A stretch of DNA of 64,000 bases from Octopus sinensis (lineage: Eukaryota): assembly GCF_006345805.1 (NCBI RefSeq), contig NC_043009.1:36766001-36830000 (forward strand). The letters run 5' to 3'. The position numbers and the translations under genes are program-made. Under the pieces are notes generated by a model. That model was not told the DNA's origin, ran no database searches, and saw nothing but the letters and a program-made list of their open reading frames with translations. Positions 52,646 to 64,000 of this stretch are shown in pieces. Each line of letters begins with the position of its first letter. Within the stretch, counting starts at the first letter, position 1.

Positions 52646-53013
52646 AATCATGATTTTTCCAAATATAACATACCTTTAAGGAAATATGTATGTATGTATA
52701 TGATATATATATACACACATACAACGATTTATATAATGATATATTTGTGTGTGTTAGGATTACTGCGTGTGTGTTTGTTAATGTTAGTGCGTGTGTATTA
52801 TGTGTGTGTGTATGTGTGTGTGTGTGTCTCTATGTGAGAATAAAATGCACCAAATATTTGTTGTCGTGTTGTGCCCTAGTAAAAGTAGGTGAAACCCAGC
52901 GGGTCACTTACTGTATACATATATATATATTTGCGTAAAAGTCAAATGACAATTCACCATTTCGATATTTCACAGCAAATTATTTCATTACGCTCACGCA
53001 CATTGTTTCTTAA

Positions 53014-53049
<36 letters not shown>

Positions 53050-53541
53050 CATTAAGATATTCCGTGTACCAAACTACCCAAATAGTAACACCGCCAAGTA
53101 ACTTCTATAGTCTTGCCTTCAAATCAACCAAGCATGTATCCTCATATCATCACCCCCACCCCCACCCCTACTACAACCACTACCACCACCACCACCACCA
53201 CCACCACCACACCACCACCACCACCACTACCGCACCGCCATCATCATAATCATTAATAATCTCTCTTTTTGTCTTTCTTCTTTTCTCTCTTTCTCTCACA
53301 CATACACAATACATTATTTGAATTAAAATTACTGATAATTATTAAACAGCCTCTCCTATTATATTGCCATTATATCTTCAGAGTGGGATGAATTTAGAAA
53401 ATGTGTCTTAATATATGTAGGTGTGCATCATGAAGAGTGTACGTATGTGTGTGTGAGTGTACGTGTGAGCGTGCGCACCCGCGTGTGTATATATGTTTGT
53501 ATGTATGTATATTAAATATATATACACATACACACACATGC

Positions 53542-53602
<61 letters not shown>

Positions 53603-53605
<3 letters not shown>

Positions 53606-53780
53606 CGCAGGCATAGCTTGTGGTAAGAGGCATGCTTCCCAACTACATAGTTCCGGGTTCAGAACCACACGGTGGGACCTCGTGGCACCCTGGGCAAGTG
53701 CTGTTTCTTCTACTATAGTCTCAGGCCGACCAAAGCCTTTTCAGTGGATTTGGTAGACGGAAGCTCAAAGAGGCTCGTCA
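53603..53780 (+). mobile_element. SINE family A head half
   Basis: AGGCGCAGGCATAGCTTGTGG..CCGGGTTCAG..TGGGCAAGTG..GGATTTGGTAGACGGAA. Confidence 0.75.
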
Positions 53781-53851
<71 letters not shown>

Positions 53852-54016
53852 ACCGACACACACACTCTCACAAATGCACATGCTTTTATTAGAGCAGTTC
53901 CAGCAGCATTTTACTGAGGAGTTCCCCACTCCAGCCTTTATGGAATGTCTAACAATCGAAGTAACTAATCGGAGTAACATGAAAGAGACCTATAGATATA
54001 CCCGTATGGAATTGAT

Positions 54017-54059
<43 letters not shown>

Positions 54060-54086
54060 GCACAATATATATATATTCTTCGCCAT

Positions 54087-54273
54087 GATAGATCGCTAGC
54101 CACTACACATTGTTTATTTTTCTCTCCTTGTTTCTTTCTGTGTTCCTTTCTGTGGAAGAGCGTAGGCTCGAAACATTAAAGACTTTTTCACTTCCCGAGC
54201 GTTATACTAATACATCTATTGTTGTGTACACCACCTGTCATCGTCTTTTGTCTTTCTTTGTTAATTCACCCCC
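54087..54273 (+). mobile_element. Penelope-like terminal repeat with hammerhead-like motif (54146-54181)
   Basis: cttt CTGTGGA A GAGC-gtag-GCTC GAA ACAT T aaag. Ends at (TA)n. Confidence 0.6.
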
Positions 54274-54284
54274 ATATATATATG

Positions 54285-54362
<78 letters not shown>

Positions 54363-55528
54363 CTAGCATTATGACCCGTCGTTGCCGGGTCAGAGTACTA
54401 GTGCATGTATATATGTGTATATATATGTGTACATATTACATGTACATCTATACATATACATCTACACATAAAATACAAAATACAAAGTTATATCTAGATA
54501 TCGCTAGTGATAACAATACTCAAAATATATAACAGACTGGAATTGTTAGCCCGTCTCTTGTAATTTCGATCAATTGTATCTTGTCCTCCCTCTTGTATAG
54601 AAGTGTGGCTACAATCCAGCCTACCTCTACTTCTGGGGGTAGGGGATGGCAATTATAATTTTTATCCGGGACGTCCTACGTCCCAGATATAAAGGTAAAA
54701 ATAAAATATTTCCACTTTGCAAGTTCGAGTCGAGTACTCCCTTGCACGCTCCGTTGACTCGAACCTTGCTTCTATTGTGGCGAATTTACCGCATCTGATT
54801 AGATATCTTTCATAGTCGCACCAAGACACTTTTCGAAGGTGCTTTCCTACAGGTGTTCAAATCTTTTTTCTCTACATTGTATACTTTATAGACAATAGTC
54901 TTTTCTTTAATTTAATTTTTTATTATCCATCTGGACTATTCCATTTCTGCACACTAATTTTATTTTTAATTTATTCCCATTCATGTGAAACCACTTATTC
55001 AAGTTCAAGTCATTAATGCAATTTTATACCAATTGCTATTTTTACTTTTGTTATGTTATGATTTAATTATTATATTATACTTTAGTTTGGTTTTAATTAT
55101 TTCTTACTAAATATAACTCGATTGTTATTATTATCTCTAATTTTTATTGTTAAAGTGAAATATCTGACATAAAATAGAGAAATGTTTTTGTTTCATTTTT
55201 AACACGTAATACTGAAATAATGGAGAAGATATGATATTGCTATGGGCTCGCCCTAGACAAGAAGTTGAACATTTTTTTTGCCCATGAAACATGGACCCTA
55301 AGTAAAGCATGTGTAAAATTTGAATGAAATTGGTTGTGTAGTTCTCAAGTTTTAGGGAATCGTAGTGGAGAAGATATGATATTGCTGTGGGCTCGCCCTA
55401 GGCAAAAAGTAAATATTTTTTGCCGATGACACTCCCCGGACCCTTAGTAAGGCATGTGTAAAATTTGAATGAAATTGGTTGTGTAGTTCTCAAGTTTTAG
55501 GGAAACACACAGACAGACACATTCTCAG

Positions 55529-55559
<31 letters not shown>
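54363..55559 (-). mobile_element. Non-autonomous Helitron with internal tandem repeats
   Basis: Minus strand A|TCTATAT.. at 55559. 3' TGACCCG-gcaacga-CGGGTCA hairpin, then CTAG|T at 54363. Two ~145-bp repeats start at 55222 and 55367. Confidence 0.85.
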
Positions 55560-55569
55560 TATATATATC

Positions 55570-55755
55570 TTCCGGCCATTTCGGCATGTTGAACCTTTAA
55601 GCCCTACACATTTTTTTCTCTCTCCGTTTTTCCCACCTCTTAATCCTTTCTGTTAAAGAGCGAAGGATCGAAACGTAAAAGACTTTTCCATTTTTCCCGA
55701 GTGTTAAACTATTACACCTGTTTGTTGTTCCTACATCTGTCTTCGTCTTTCGTTA
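55570..55755 (+). mobile_element. Penelope-like terminal repeat (diverged subfamily)
   Basis: cttt CTGTTAAA GAGC-gaag-GATC GAA ACGT A aaag (55646-55681). Confidence 0.55.
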
Positions 55756-56469
55756 TCTGTAAATTTGAACTATACGTACATTCATATATACATATATATG
55801 TAGGTATGTATGTGTATATAGATATATTTATGTGTATGTATGTATACACTCACATTCACTCACACACACACATATACACAGGAAATAGAAAATAATGCAA
55901 CGAATGAAATTATGAAAACGTGACAGGAAAAGAGAAAAAAGAGAAGCAAAATGAGGAAGTGTACATGCGTGTGTGTGTGTGTGTATTCACGAGTGTGAAT
56001 CTGTGTGCGTGAGCGCGTTTATGGGCATGTGAGAGAGAGAAAGTGAGTGCATGTGTGTGTGTACGTGTGTGAATGTATGCGTGCGTGCACGACAGTGGAA
56101 AATCTGGGGAAGGATATTTGGATTATAAAACAGTCATTAACCCAATAGTGATATCTTTAGAACAGGTTTGGGCCAGCATTACAAACACGTAAAGTAATAT
56201 ATTCACATGTGTGTATGTGTGTATTTATGTATGGATGTATATAAATACATTTATATATTTTTAGTAGAAACAACAGAGTGACAAAAGGACCGAGAATTTC
56301 ATGGCCCTTGAGTCACTTTGTTGCTTCTGCTAAATATTAGTAAAAACATAGACATATTCTCATGTTTTGAGTTCTACTTTTCCTGTTTGCATCACCATAC
56401 CTGCATATTATATATATATATATATATATATAATTTTAATCCAAAAGGGAAACAAAAAAACAACAACAA

Positions 56470-57753
56470 CAGGAACAATTACAGTATTATTATTAATAGG
56501 CGCTCAGGAGATGGAAGCAGGGAGGTATGACGTTTCGAGCGGAGCTCTTCGTCGGAAACATAAAGAAGGAAGAGAGAGGAAAGAAAGATCCCAGAGCGGG
56601 CAACAGGGAAAGAGAAAAAAGACGACTGGTGTTTACGAGTTGCACATGGTGAAGGCGGATGTTGATGATAACAAGAGCAAAGTGGGTTTTTAAAGGCAAA
56701 AGAGTGGAGACAAGGTTGGTAACCCAACAGATGTGTGTGTATGTGTGAGTGTGTGCATGTGCGTGTGTGTATGTGTGTGTGTGAGGCGAGATGAAAAACA
56801 AAAAAATATAGTGTGTGTTAGTGTGTGCGTCTGTGTGTAGGCGGTGAGGTAGGGCGAGACTAGTGGTCAGCTAGCAGACAAGAAAAAGAAGGAAGGAGGA
56901 AGGGAGGTCAGTGTAAGAAAAAGAAGGAAGGAGGAAGGAGGGAGGGGAAGGGGTGGGGGCGTATGTAGCGTGCCAGCGTGTGTTGAGTAGTAGTGTGTGT
57001 GGTGTCCAGTGTCGTGGTGGTATTAATGAGTAGATTGAATGTGTGTAAGAGTGATGTATATATAGGCAAGGTGTGTATATGTGTGCGAGTGTGTGTAACG
57101 AAAAAAGGGGGGGGGGTTAAGGAAAAAGGACTACAGCTGAGGGGAAGATGGAAGAGTGGTACCGCGGAGACAGGCGTGGGAAAACCCAACGACACGCGAC
57201 GGTCCCAGGAACGGGCGGGAGGTCTCGTCAGGTCCAAGGGCGAGTGTATGCGACGCGTATGCAACGGGAGCCGGCGTAAGTGCGTATGTGCGCGTGCCTG
57301 CGAGTATGCGCGTACGTATGTATGTGGTGGATGTGTGAGTGTGTCTGTGTGTATGTCTGGGTGGCAGTGTGTGCGATGAATGTATGTGAGTATGTGTGTA
57401 TGTATGTGTGTGCATAGATGTATGTCCGTGTTGTGTGTGTATGTGTGAGTGTGTATGTATGTACGTGTGGTGTGGGGAAGTGTGTGTATGTGCTGTTTGG
57501 GTGCCGTACATACAGGTGTGTGAGTAAGTGTGTGTGTGTGTATGTATGTGTGAGTGTGTATTATGTGTGTGTCGGATGCATGTATGTGTATGGGTGTATG
57601 TATGCGTGTGTTATGTAGTATGTGTACGTGCGTGTGTGTGTGTGTATGCGTGTAGGTGTGCGCGTGTGCATGCATGCATGCATGTGCGTATGTGTGTGTG
57701 TGTGTGCATGTGTGTGGGTATATATGTATGTGCGTATATGTGTGTGTATGTGC

Positions 57754-57796
<43 letters not shown>

Positions 57797-57920
57797 ATAT
57801 ATATGAGAGAGATAATGGTGTCATTGAGACCCAAAGGTGTCAGGTAATGCTGAATAGGTGCTAGGGGTAGACCATAGTTAAGTTCCAGATTCGGTAATAT
57901 TGCGAATAAAGGGCTCAACG
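56470..57920 (-). mobile_element. 3' part of a Penelope-like element (endonuclease C-terminus, CA-rich UTR, hammerhead-like terminus)
   Basis: Minus strand ..IQHYLTPLGLN resembles the PxGLN end of PLE GIY-YIG domains. CCGACGA A GAGC-tcc-GCTC GAA ACGT C at 56529-56555. Confidence 0.5.
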
Positions 57921-57991
57921 TTGGTTCAATGTCAGCGTGTGTATATAAGAAATTTTGGCGTAATAAGATTAAAAAAACCCAAGGGTGTGTA

Positions 57992-58042
57992 GATATTAGA
58001 GCATTTTTAGATAGATATTCTATCTATAAATGCTCTAATATC
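57992..58042. repeat. 24-bp-arm hairpin
   Basis: gatattagagcatttttagataga / tctatctataaatgctctaatatc, one mismatch, 3-nt loop. Confidence 0.85.
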
Positions 58043-58083
58043 ATAACAACCTGATTTTTTTATCTTATTACGCAAACATTCTT

Positions 58084-58125
<42 letters not shown>

Positions 58126-58201
58126 TAATATATATATATATAATATATGTATATATATATATGTATGTGTATATATATGTATATATATGTATATGTATAT
58201 A

Positions 58202-58301
<100 letters not shown>

Positions 58302-58329
58302 GTATGTATATACATGTGTATATATATAT

Positions 58330-58515
58330 GATAGATCGTTAGCCACTACATACATTTTTTTCTCTCCTTGATTTTCTCCTTGTTTTCTGTGTCCCTTTCT
58401 GTAGGAGAGCGTAGGCTCGAAACGTAAAGACTTTTTCTATTCCTGAGCGTTATACTAATACATCTGTTTGTTTTGTACACCTCCTGTCTTCATCTTTTTT
58501 TTTTCCGTAAACTCT

Positions 58516-58520
<5 letters not shown>
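58330..58520 (+). mobile_element. Penelope-like terminal repeat with hammerhead-like motif (58395-58429)
   Basis: cttt CTGTAGGA GAGC-gtag-GCTC GAA ACGT A aag. (TA)n on both sides. Confidence 0.6.
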
Positions 58521-58546
<26 letters not shown>

Positions 58547-58548
58547 AT

Positions 58549-58859
58549 CTTAAACTTGTTTCAGTCATTAGACTGTGGCCATGCTGGGGCACCGCCTTGA
58601 AAAATTTCAGTCGAAGTAATCGATGCTGGCTTAGCACTTAATTCTTTTGTCGAACCGCTAACACACTAACACCAGTTGTTCAACGGTGGTGGGGGGCAAA
58701 CACTGTCGCACACACATGCAAACGCACACACACACACACGAGCGCGCGCACACAAACATACACGAACGCACACACCTACACGCATACACCCATACTCTCC
58801 CAAACACCCACACGCACACGCACACACACGCAAACACATGCATGTGTGTGTGTGAGTGT

Positions 58860-58903
<44 letters not shown>

Positions 58904-59045
58904 ATACGACAGGCATCTTTCCGTTTCCGTCTGTGAATTCCATTGAGAAAGCTGAAGTAGAAGATACTTGCTCAAAGTGCCAAGCAATGAGACTGAACCT
59001 AGAACCATGCGGCTGGAAAGCAAAATTCTTACCATTCAGCCTACA
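58549..59045 (-). mobile_element. SINE family A (old, diverged)
   Basis: cttgtttcagtcattagactgtggccatgctggggcaccgcc tail, CA spacer and a degenerate head. Confidence 0.7.
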
Positions 59046-59150
59046 CACCTACCCCAACACTCTTCCTCATGTGTGTGTGTGTGGGGGGGGTTACATATAC
59101 ATTCAAAACCAAAACCAAAACTAACAAACCATTATTCTTTATTGTATTTA

Positions 59151-59429
59151 GGGATGGTCATTCTTTTCTTTTCAAATAAACACACGCACTGTAAATTCGT
59201 TCTTCACTCATTTATTATTGTTCTTATTTTATCTTATGTCTTCAGCGGCTCTTCCATCCACGTTCTCCTCCAGTTCTGTTTAGTCCGAGATGGAAGGGTC
59301 GCTGAAGCGGTCACAGGTGTGTAACGAAAGATTTCCAGAATATGAACATGAGATAAAATAACAATAATAAACGAGTAAAGAACGGATATGGTGCATGTGT
59401 TTATTTGGCAAGAAAAAAATGACCAACCC
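59151..59429. mobile_element. Foldback MITE
   Basis: Termini GGGATGGTCATT / AATGACCAACCC with long paired subterminal arms. Same family as 13371. Confidence 0.7.
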
Positions 59430-60688
59430 AAATTACAAAATTATTTCAAGCATTGTGCCTATAATAGAAAGGATTATGCCTTTGGCTTTCTTTTTACTAA
59501 TTAATTGTATTGTAAATTGATGGGCTTTAAAATAATTTTCTGCTGTTCGTGGGATGGAATATTAGGGCATAGATTCGACAGGTGTATAGATAGGTGTGTG
59601 CCGAGTAAACACGAAGGTAGTTCGTTTAGGACTGTCATCTAGACATGAACATTTTAAAACTGTTTCCTTAGCAAGAAAGCTGTTTTGAAATGTATTGTGT
59701 GTGCATGAGTGAATGTGTGTGTGTGTGTGTGTTGTATGTGTGTGTGTGTGCGTGTGCACGTACGTGCGTGTATGTGTGTGTGAATTATTATATTTGATTT
59801 TGTTTAGTATAAAACAAATTGGGTTTTACTTTAGCAGAAAATACGTAAGTACACGCATGTGTACACACACACATATATATTCATACATATACAGACACAT
59901 ATATGGATACATTCATGCATACATAGTCTATACACACATACACATATAGGTTTGTGCGTGTGTGTGTGTGTGTGTGTGTAAAACGAAATCCTCGATTGAA
60001 GGACAATACGTATCATGATAAAAGAGCTACAATCGAATCTGAATATTGCATTCTATGACAGAAAACTCTGTGAAATATCAGTGCTGATGTACCCTCATGG
60101 GTTAATGACTTACGATGGATGAAAGAATTCATCTTAGTTTAATCTTTACCGGTGTGATTACCCGATTTACATACATGCAAACGAAAACAGATACATACGT
60201 ATATGTGTGTGAGTTTGTGTGTGTATTTGTCCGTTCAATGCTTGGTTTATAATAAATCTTCGTAGCTTAAACAGGACAGGAAGCTAGAAGCTATTTGCAG
60301 TGTAAGCCATAAAAGACGATTTTATACAGTTATTTTTACAGATCAACCTAGGTAATGGAAGGAACGATGCAAACATAGACCAGAGAGAATGTAGGTGCGT
60401 CGGTTGACATTGTCTAGCTGTGTATTTCATTAGAGAGCGTCCTACAAAATGTTTTGAGTTATTTCTTCCAACTCTTCACTTTCTGATGTCATTTCTAGCC
60501 TGAGTCAGCATAGTCCTTCATCCTTTTAGGATCGATAAAGTAAAGTACCATTCAAGTATTGGGGTTGATGGTATCGAATACTCACGCTTGTTCACAAAAT
60601 TTCTGGACTCGCGCCTAAATGAGAAAACATTAGCATACTTAAGAAAAACCACAAGTTAGAATCGTCAGATGAAAATATCATTATTATT

Positions 60689-61275
60689 GATTCAACTGCA
60701 TATTTGAAGGAATATTGCATAAAACAAGATCAGGTAGCACAACAGAGTGTAATCGAAATGATTCCGTTATTACTTTGAATGAAGCACAACATTAATCAGC
60801 AGCGCCAAAGTGCTCGAAATATTGAGACGGTTAACTCTAAAAGATGGTGGTTGAGATGCAGATAAATTATGTGGAGAATAATATGTGTAATGCATAGCCA
60901 TGGTGCACTGTGCCCTCATGAAGAGACAAACTCCTTAATAAAGGGTCTATTTACTTACATTTAAAGTGTGTCCCATGATTAAGGGGTAGCCTGTATATAA
61001 CAAAATTACATATAATGAATCCACACTATGTTGTTTTTAGTTTTTGTTATGTTTGTAGATTTGATTTAAAATTCGCCTTTTCAAATTCTCAACGTTATTT
61101 ATCCGCATCTGAACCATCATCTTTTGCAAATAACCTTCTCAATATTTGAGGCATTTTTGCGCTGCAGATAAATATTGTGCTTCATACTAAATAGTAATGA
61201 AATCATTTTGATTATATACTGTTGTGCTACCTGATCTTGTGTTATGCATTATTCCTTCAAATATGCAGTTGAATC
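60689..61275. mobile_element. Long foldback element (~200-bp arms, ~190-bp spacer)
   Basis: 60689-60895 is the imperfect reverse complement of 61082-61275. The outer ~57 bp have only 2 mismatches. Confidence 0.8.
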
Positions 61276-62290
61276 TATACTAATAATTCTTTCATCAAAC
61301 GATCCTAACTTAAGTAAGTATTCTTATAATACTCAGTGAGAAAAGTAGATAACTAAATCATATTTTAAATCTTTATATATTTCTAAATATATTTATATAT
61401 TTCTAACTTGCTTCTTTTACATAAGAGCGTGATGTGTGTCTGTATACAGTAATCTCTGTTAGCATGAGTCTTGGTATGTTCTTGTCTGCAAATATAGATA
61501 TTTGGATGTATTCAACAAAGGGACAGATATATTCACCTAATGTATGCATGTAGGTGTGTATTTATTGATCTAACTACTTACCTGATATATATTTAACTAT
61601 GCATGTATTTGTGTATGTGTGTATGTGCGTGTGTATGTGTGTGTGCACAAACAGAAACACACAACAAATATACTCAACGAGTATCTTTCCCCATATAATG
61701 ACCGCATTCGACTGGTTCAAAATAAGAAACATAAGCCGTTGCCTATTTTAACATATCCACCGCCATGCAGTCAATAAAGATTTAAATACATAAGTACAGT
61801 AAGAGGGTGATCTAACCGTTATAGGCAGACAAGTCAATGTTTCTAATGATTTTGTTAAGTAAAAAAAAAACAACAAACAAAAAACATAAAAATGTTATTC
61901 GTGTAGCCAGACAAAGGAATTAACTCTATTAAACGGTATCGATATGCTTTATCGTTTAATCTGATACCAATGACATTTTTATATTATTTATTTATTTTCT
62001 TTTATTAGTTTTGTTTTCTTATTTTTGGTCAATTTATAATTTATTTTGTGTTCTGTTTTGTTTACTTTGCAATGGTGCAGGTCATTGCAGGATTATGTAA
62101 AGATTGAAAGCATAAAAAAAAACAAAAAAAGATTCCAGATGACGGAATCACGAAAACAAAAACGAGGAAATAACAAGAGTAAGGATTGTTGCGAAATTAT
62201 TCACATTGCAAAGGTCAAGTCATTTTTCTGTCTGTCTGTCTTTGCCCCTGTCTGTTTGTGTGTCTCTCTTTACATATATATAAAATTTTA

Positions 62291-62805
62291 TCTATATATA
62301 TATAAAACTGTAGTTGTGTGAGTGTCTGTCCCCTTCAATTTAGATCCCTAACTACTCCCACATTTTGCGGTGCAGTTTAACCAAATTCAGGTATCTTATA
62401 GTCGTGATTAATATCGAGCCCATCTGAGTATTAGCGCGCGTCTACGATGAGTCTACGATTTTAAAAATAATTTAACATCATTTTTTATTCCATTTTAATG
62501 CATAATTTTTCGTGTGCCGATGGCGGCGGAGTTGGCGTCCATGGTCACACCTGCACCTGTTTGCTTCTCCCCCTTCTTCCCTCCCTCGTGAAGCTGTGGG
62601 GAAGGGAGTGTAAGGAAATCAACGTCGTAAAGCGTTGTCAAGGAGACCAGCGTTCTTTTAGAACAACGACTTCATGGCTTGAAGACACCAAAACAGAAAT
62701 GGCTAAGAAAGCCCGAATTGGCATCTATAAGGGAAGTAACTCTCTAAAAATGCTTATATAGTTATTTCCCTTACAAACCCGAGCAACGCCGGGCGATACT
62801 GCTAG
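62291..62805 (+). mobile_element. Non-autonomous Helitron
   Basis: A|TCTATATA start, CCCGAGCAACGCCGGG hairpin (62778-62793), CTAG|T end. Ends shared with 462-853. Confidence 0.88.
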
Positions 62806-63319
62806 TAATTAATAAATAATTATAATAGAGGGTACACTAAGTACCAGCTCGTCTACAGAATTCATATTTTTTCTGTCCAAATGATTTTGAGGACTGAAGA
62901 GTAAATGATAATCAGTTTGGACAGTGTCTGACGAATATGGTGCATTCCAAGAATTTTTGACCTTTTAGGAGTTGCAGTTATAGCTGTCCTGGATCATTGT
63001 AGTTCAAATGGCCAGCCTTTTCACATTCTCTGCCACACCGAAACTCCTTGAGAACTACTTTAAGGGTACGCGTGCCTGTGGAGTGCACAGCCACTTGCAT
63101 GTTAATTTCACGAGTTAATTTCGGATAAACTGCAAACGCCGTCGTTGAAACCGACGGACTACCAGACATACAGATATAGCTTATCATTGTTATACATCTA
63201 ATAAGCCGGTTTGCTAACTTTTGTTATTCAAGATTGAAAGAGACGGTTTTAACAGCACTTTGAACACAGCTTACAAAACACTGGTTGTCACAGCTGATCA
63301 GTTTGTAGAATGCAGCTGA

Positions 63320-63961
63320 GACGTGAAGACAGTTTGGGAGCTCGCTATGCAACAGAGTTTTGTTAAGCTGAACGAAAACGCCACAGAAACTTAAGAAATG
63401 CTTCGGACTGTTTATGGATTAACTAGTATGTATCAAGCGTCTGTTTTTCGCTGCCGTAAGAGGTCACCGAGAGGATCATGATGGTTCTCTTTTCCTACAG
63501 CAAGGGCATCATCCATAACCACTGAGTTCGCGCTGGCCAAACAATCAACAAAGAGTACATTGTAAAGGTTTTGGCGGAACCCAGGAGAAAATTTCATCGT
63601 AAAATACTTGAATACTTGCAGCAGGACAGTGCATTATTCTATAATTCTATCCTGATAACTAATTGCTAGACAACTGGGCATCAGAACTGTAATTCACCCT
63701 CCCTACAGTTCAGATTTTGCTCCTCATGACTTTTAGTTGTTTCCTAAGCCGAAGGAGAAGTTGAAGGAGACTGTAACAAAGTCCTGGACATCTTGACTTT
63801 GGAGTACTCCCATGGGGCCTTCACGAAGTAACAGGAGCGCTGCAACAAGTGCATAAAAATAAGAAGATCCTCCTTTGAAGAAGATTAGATTTTTGTACAT
63901 CTTTGAAATTAATAAATGTCTCTCCTGAAAAAAAGCCTCAGAACTTCTAGAGTGCACCTTG
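63320..63961 (+). mobile_element. Internally deleted mariner relic with right TIR
   Basis: EDSLGARYATEF..KLNENATET*EML..SVFR, then GQTINKEY..HPPYSSDFAPHDF*LFPK..CNKCI. End ..gagtgcaccttg|TA. The left boundary is uncertain. Confidence 0.75.
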
Positions 63962-64000
63962 TATGTATGCGTGTGTTTGTTTGAATATATTCAATGAATG

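Noticed and set aside
56908-57918. Longest ORF in the track (336 aa) and the many YI/HT/CV/LSIY-rich ORFs
   Set aside because: They are translations of (TA)n, (CA)n, (TAGA)n and (TACA)n microsatellites. Only the first ~30 residues resemble a PLE remnant.
62969-63065. Acceptor/donor-bounded candidate exon
   Set aside because: All three frames from the strong acceptor contain stops. It lies among transposon relics.

Overview
AT-rich, microsatellite-saturated eukaryotic DNA. The SINE families and (TA)n/(CA)n/(TAGA)n/(TACA)n load resemble Octopus genomic DNA (inference; no search run). No rRNA, genuine tRNA, CRISPR or confidently nameable host gene was found, and almost every entry in the ORF track is a microsatellite artefact. 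The window is a layered transposon landscape. It holds at least four tRNA-derived SINE families (labelled A-D here), three non-autonomous Helitrons, a full-length but broken DD36E Tc1-type transposon, and maT and mariner relics. LINE relics include RTE, Tx1-like and three RLE-type lineages. There is a Naiad-like Penelope element, plus several Penelope-terminal repeats carrying hammerhead-ribozyme-like folds, some with recurring non-canonical cores. The most unusual object is a ~307-bp palindrome-plus-tail element present twice, once with an 11-14 bp target duplication inside a LINE. A few CpG-rich islands with good splice signals (8.9 kb, 19.9 kb, 20.8 kb) may be exons of an unidentified gene.
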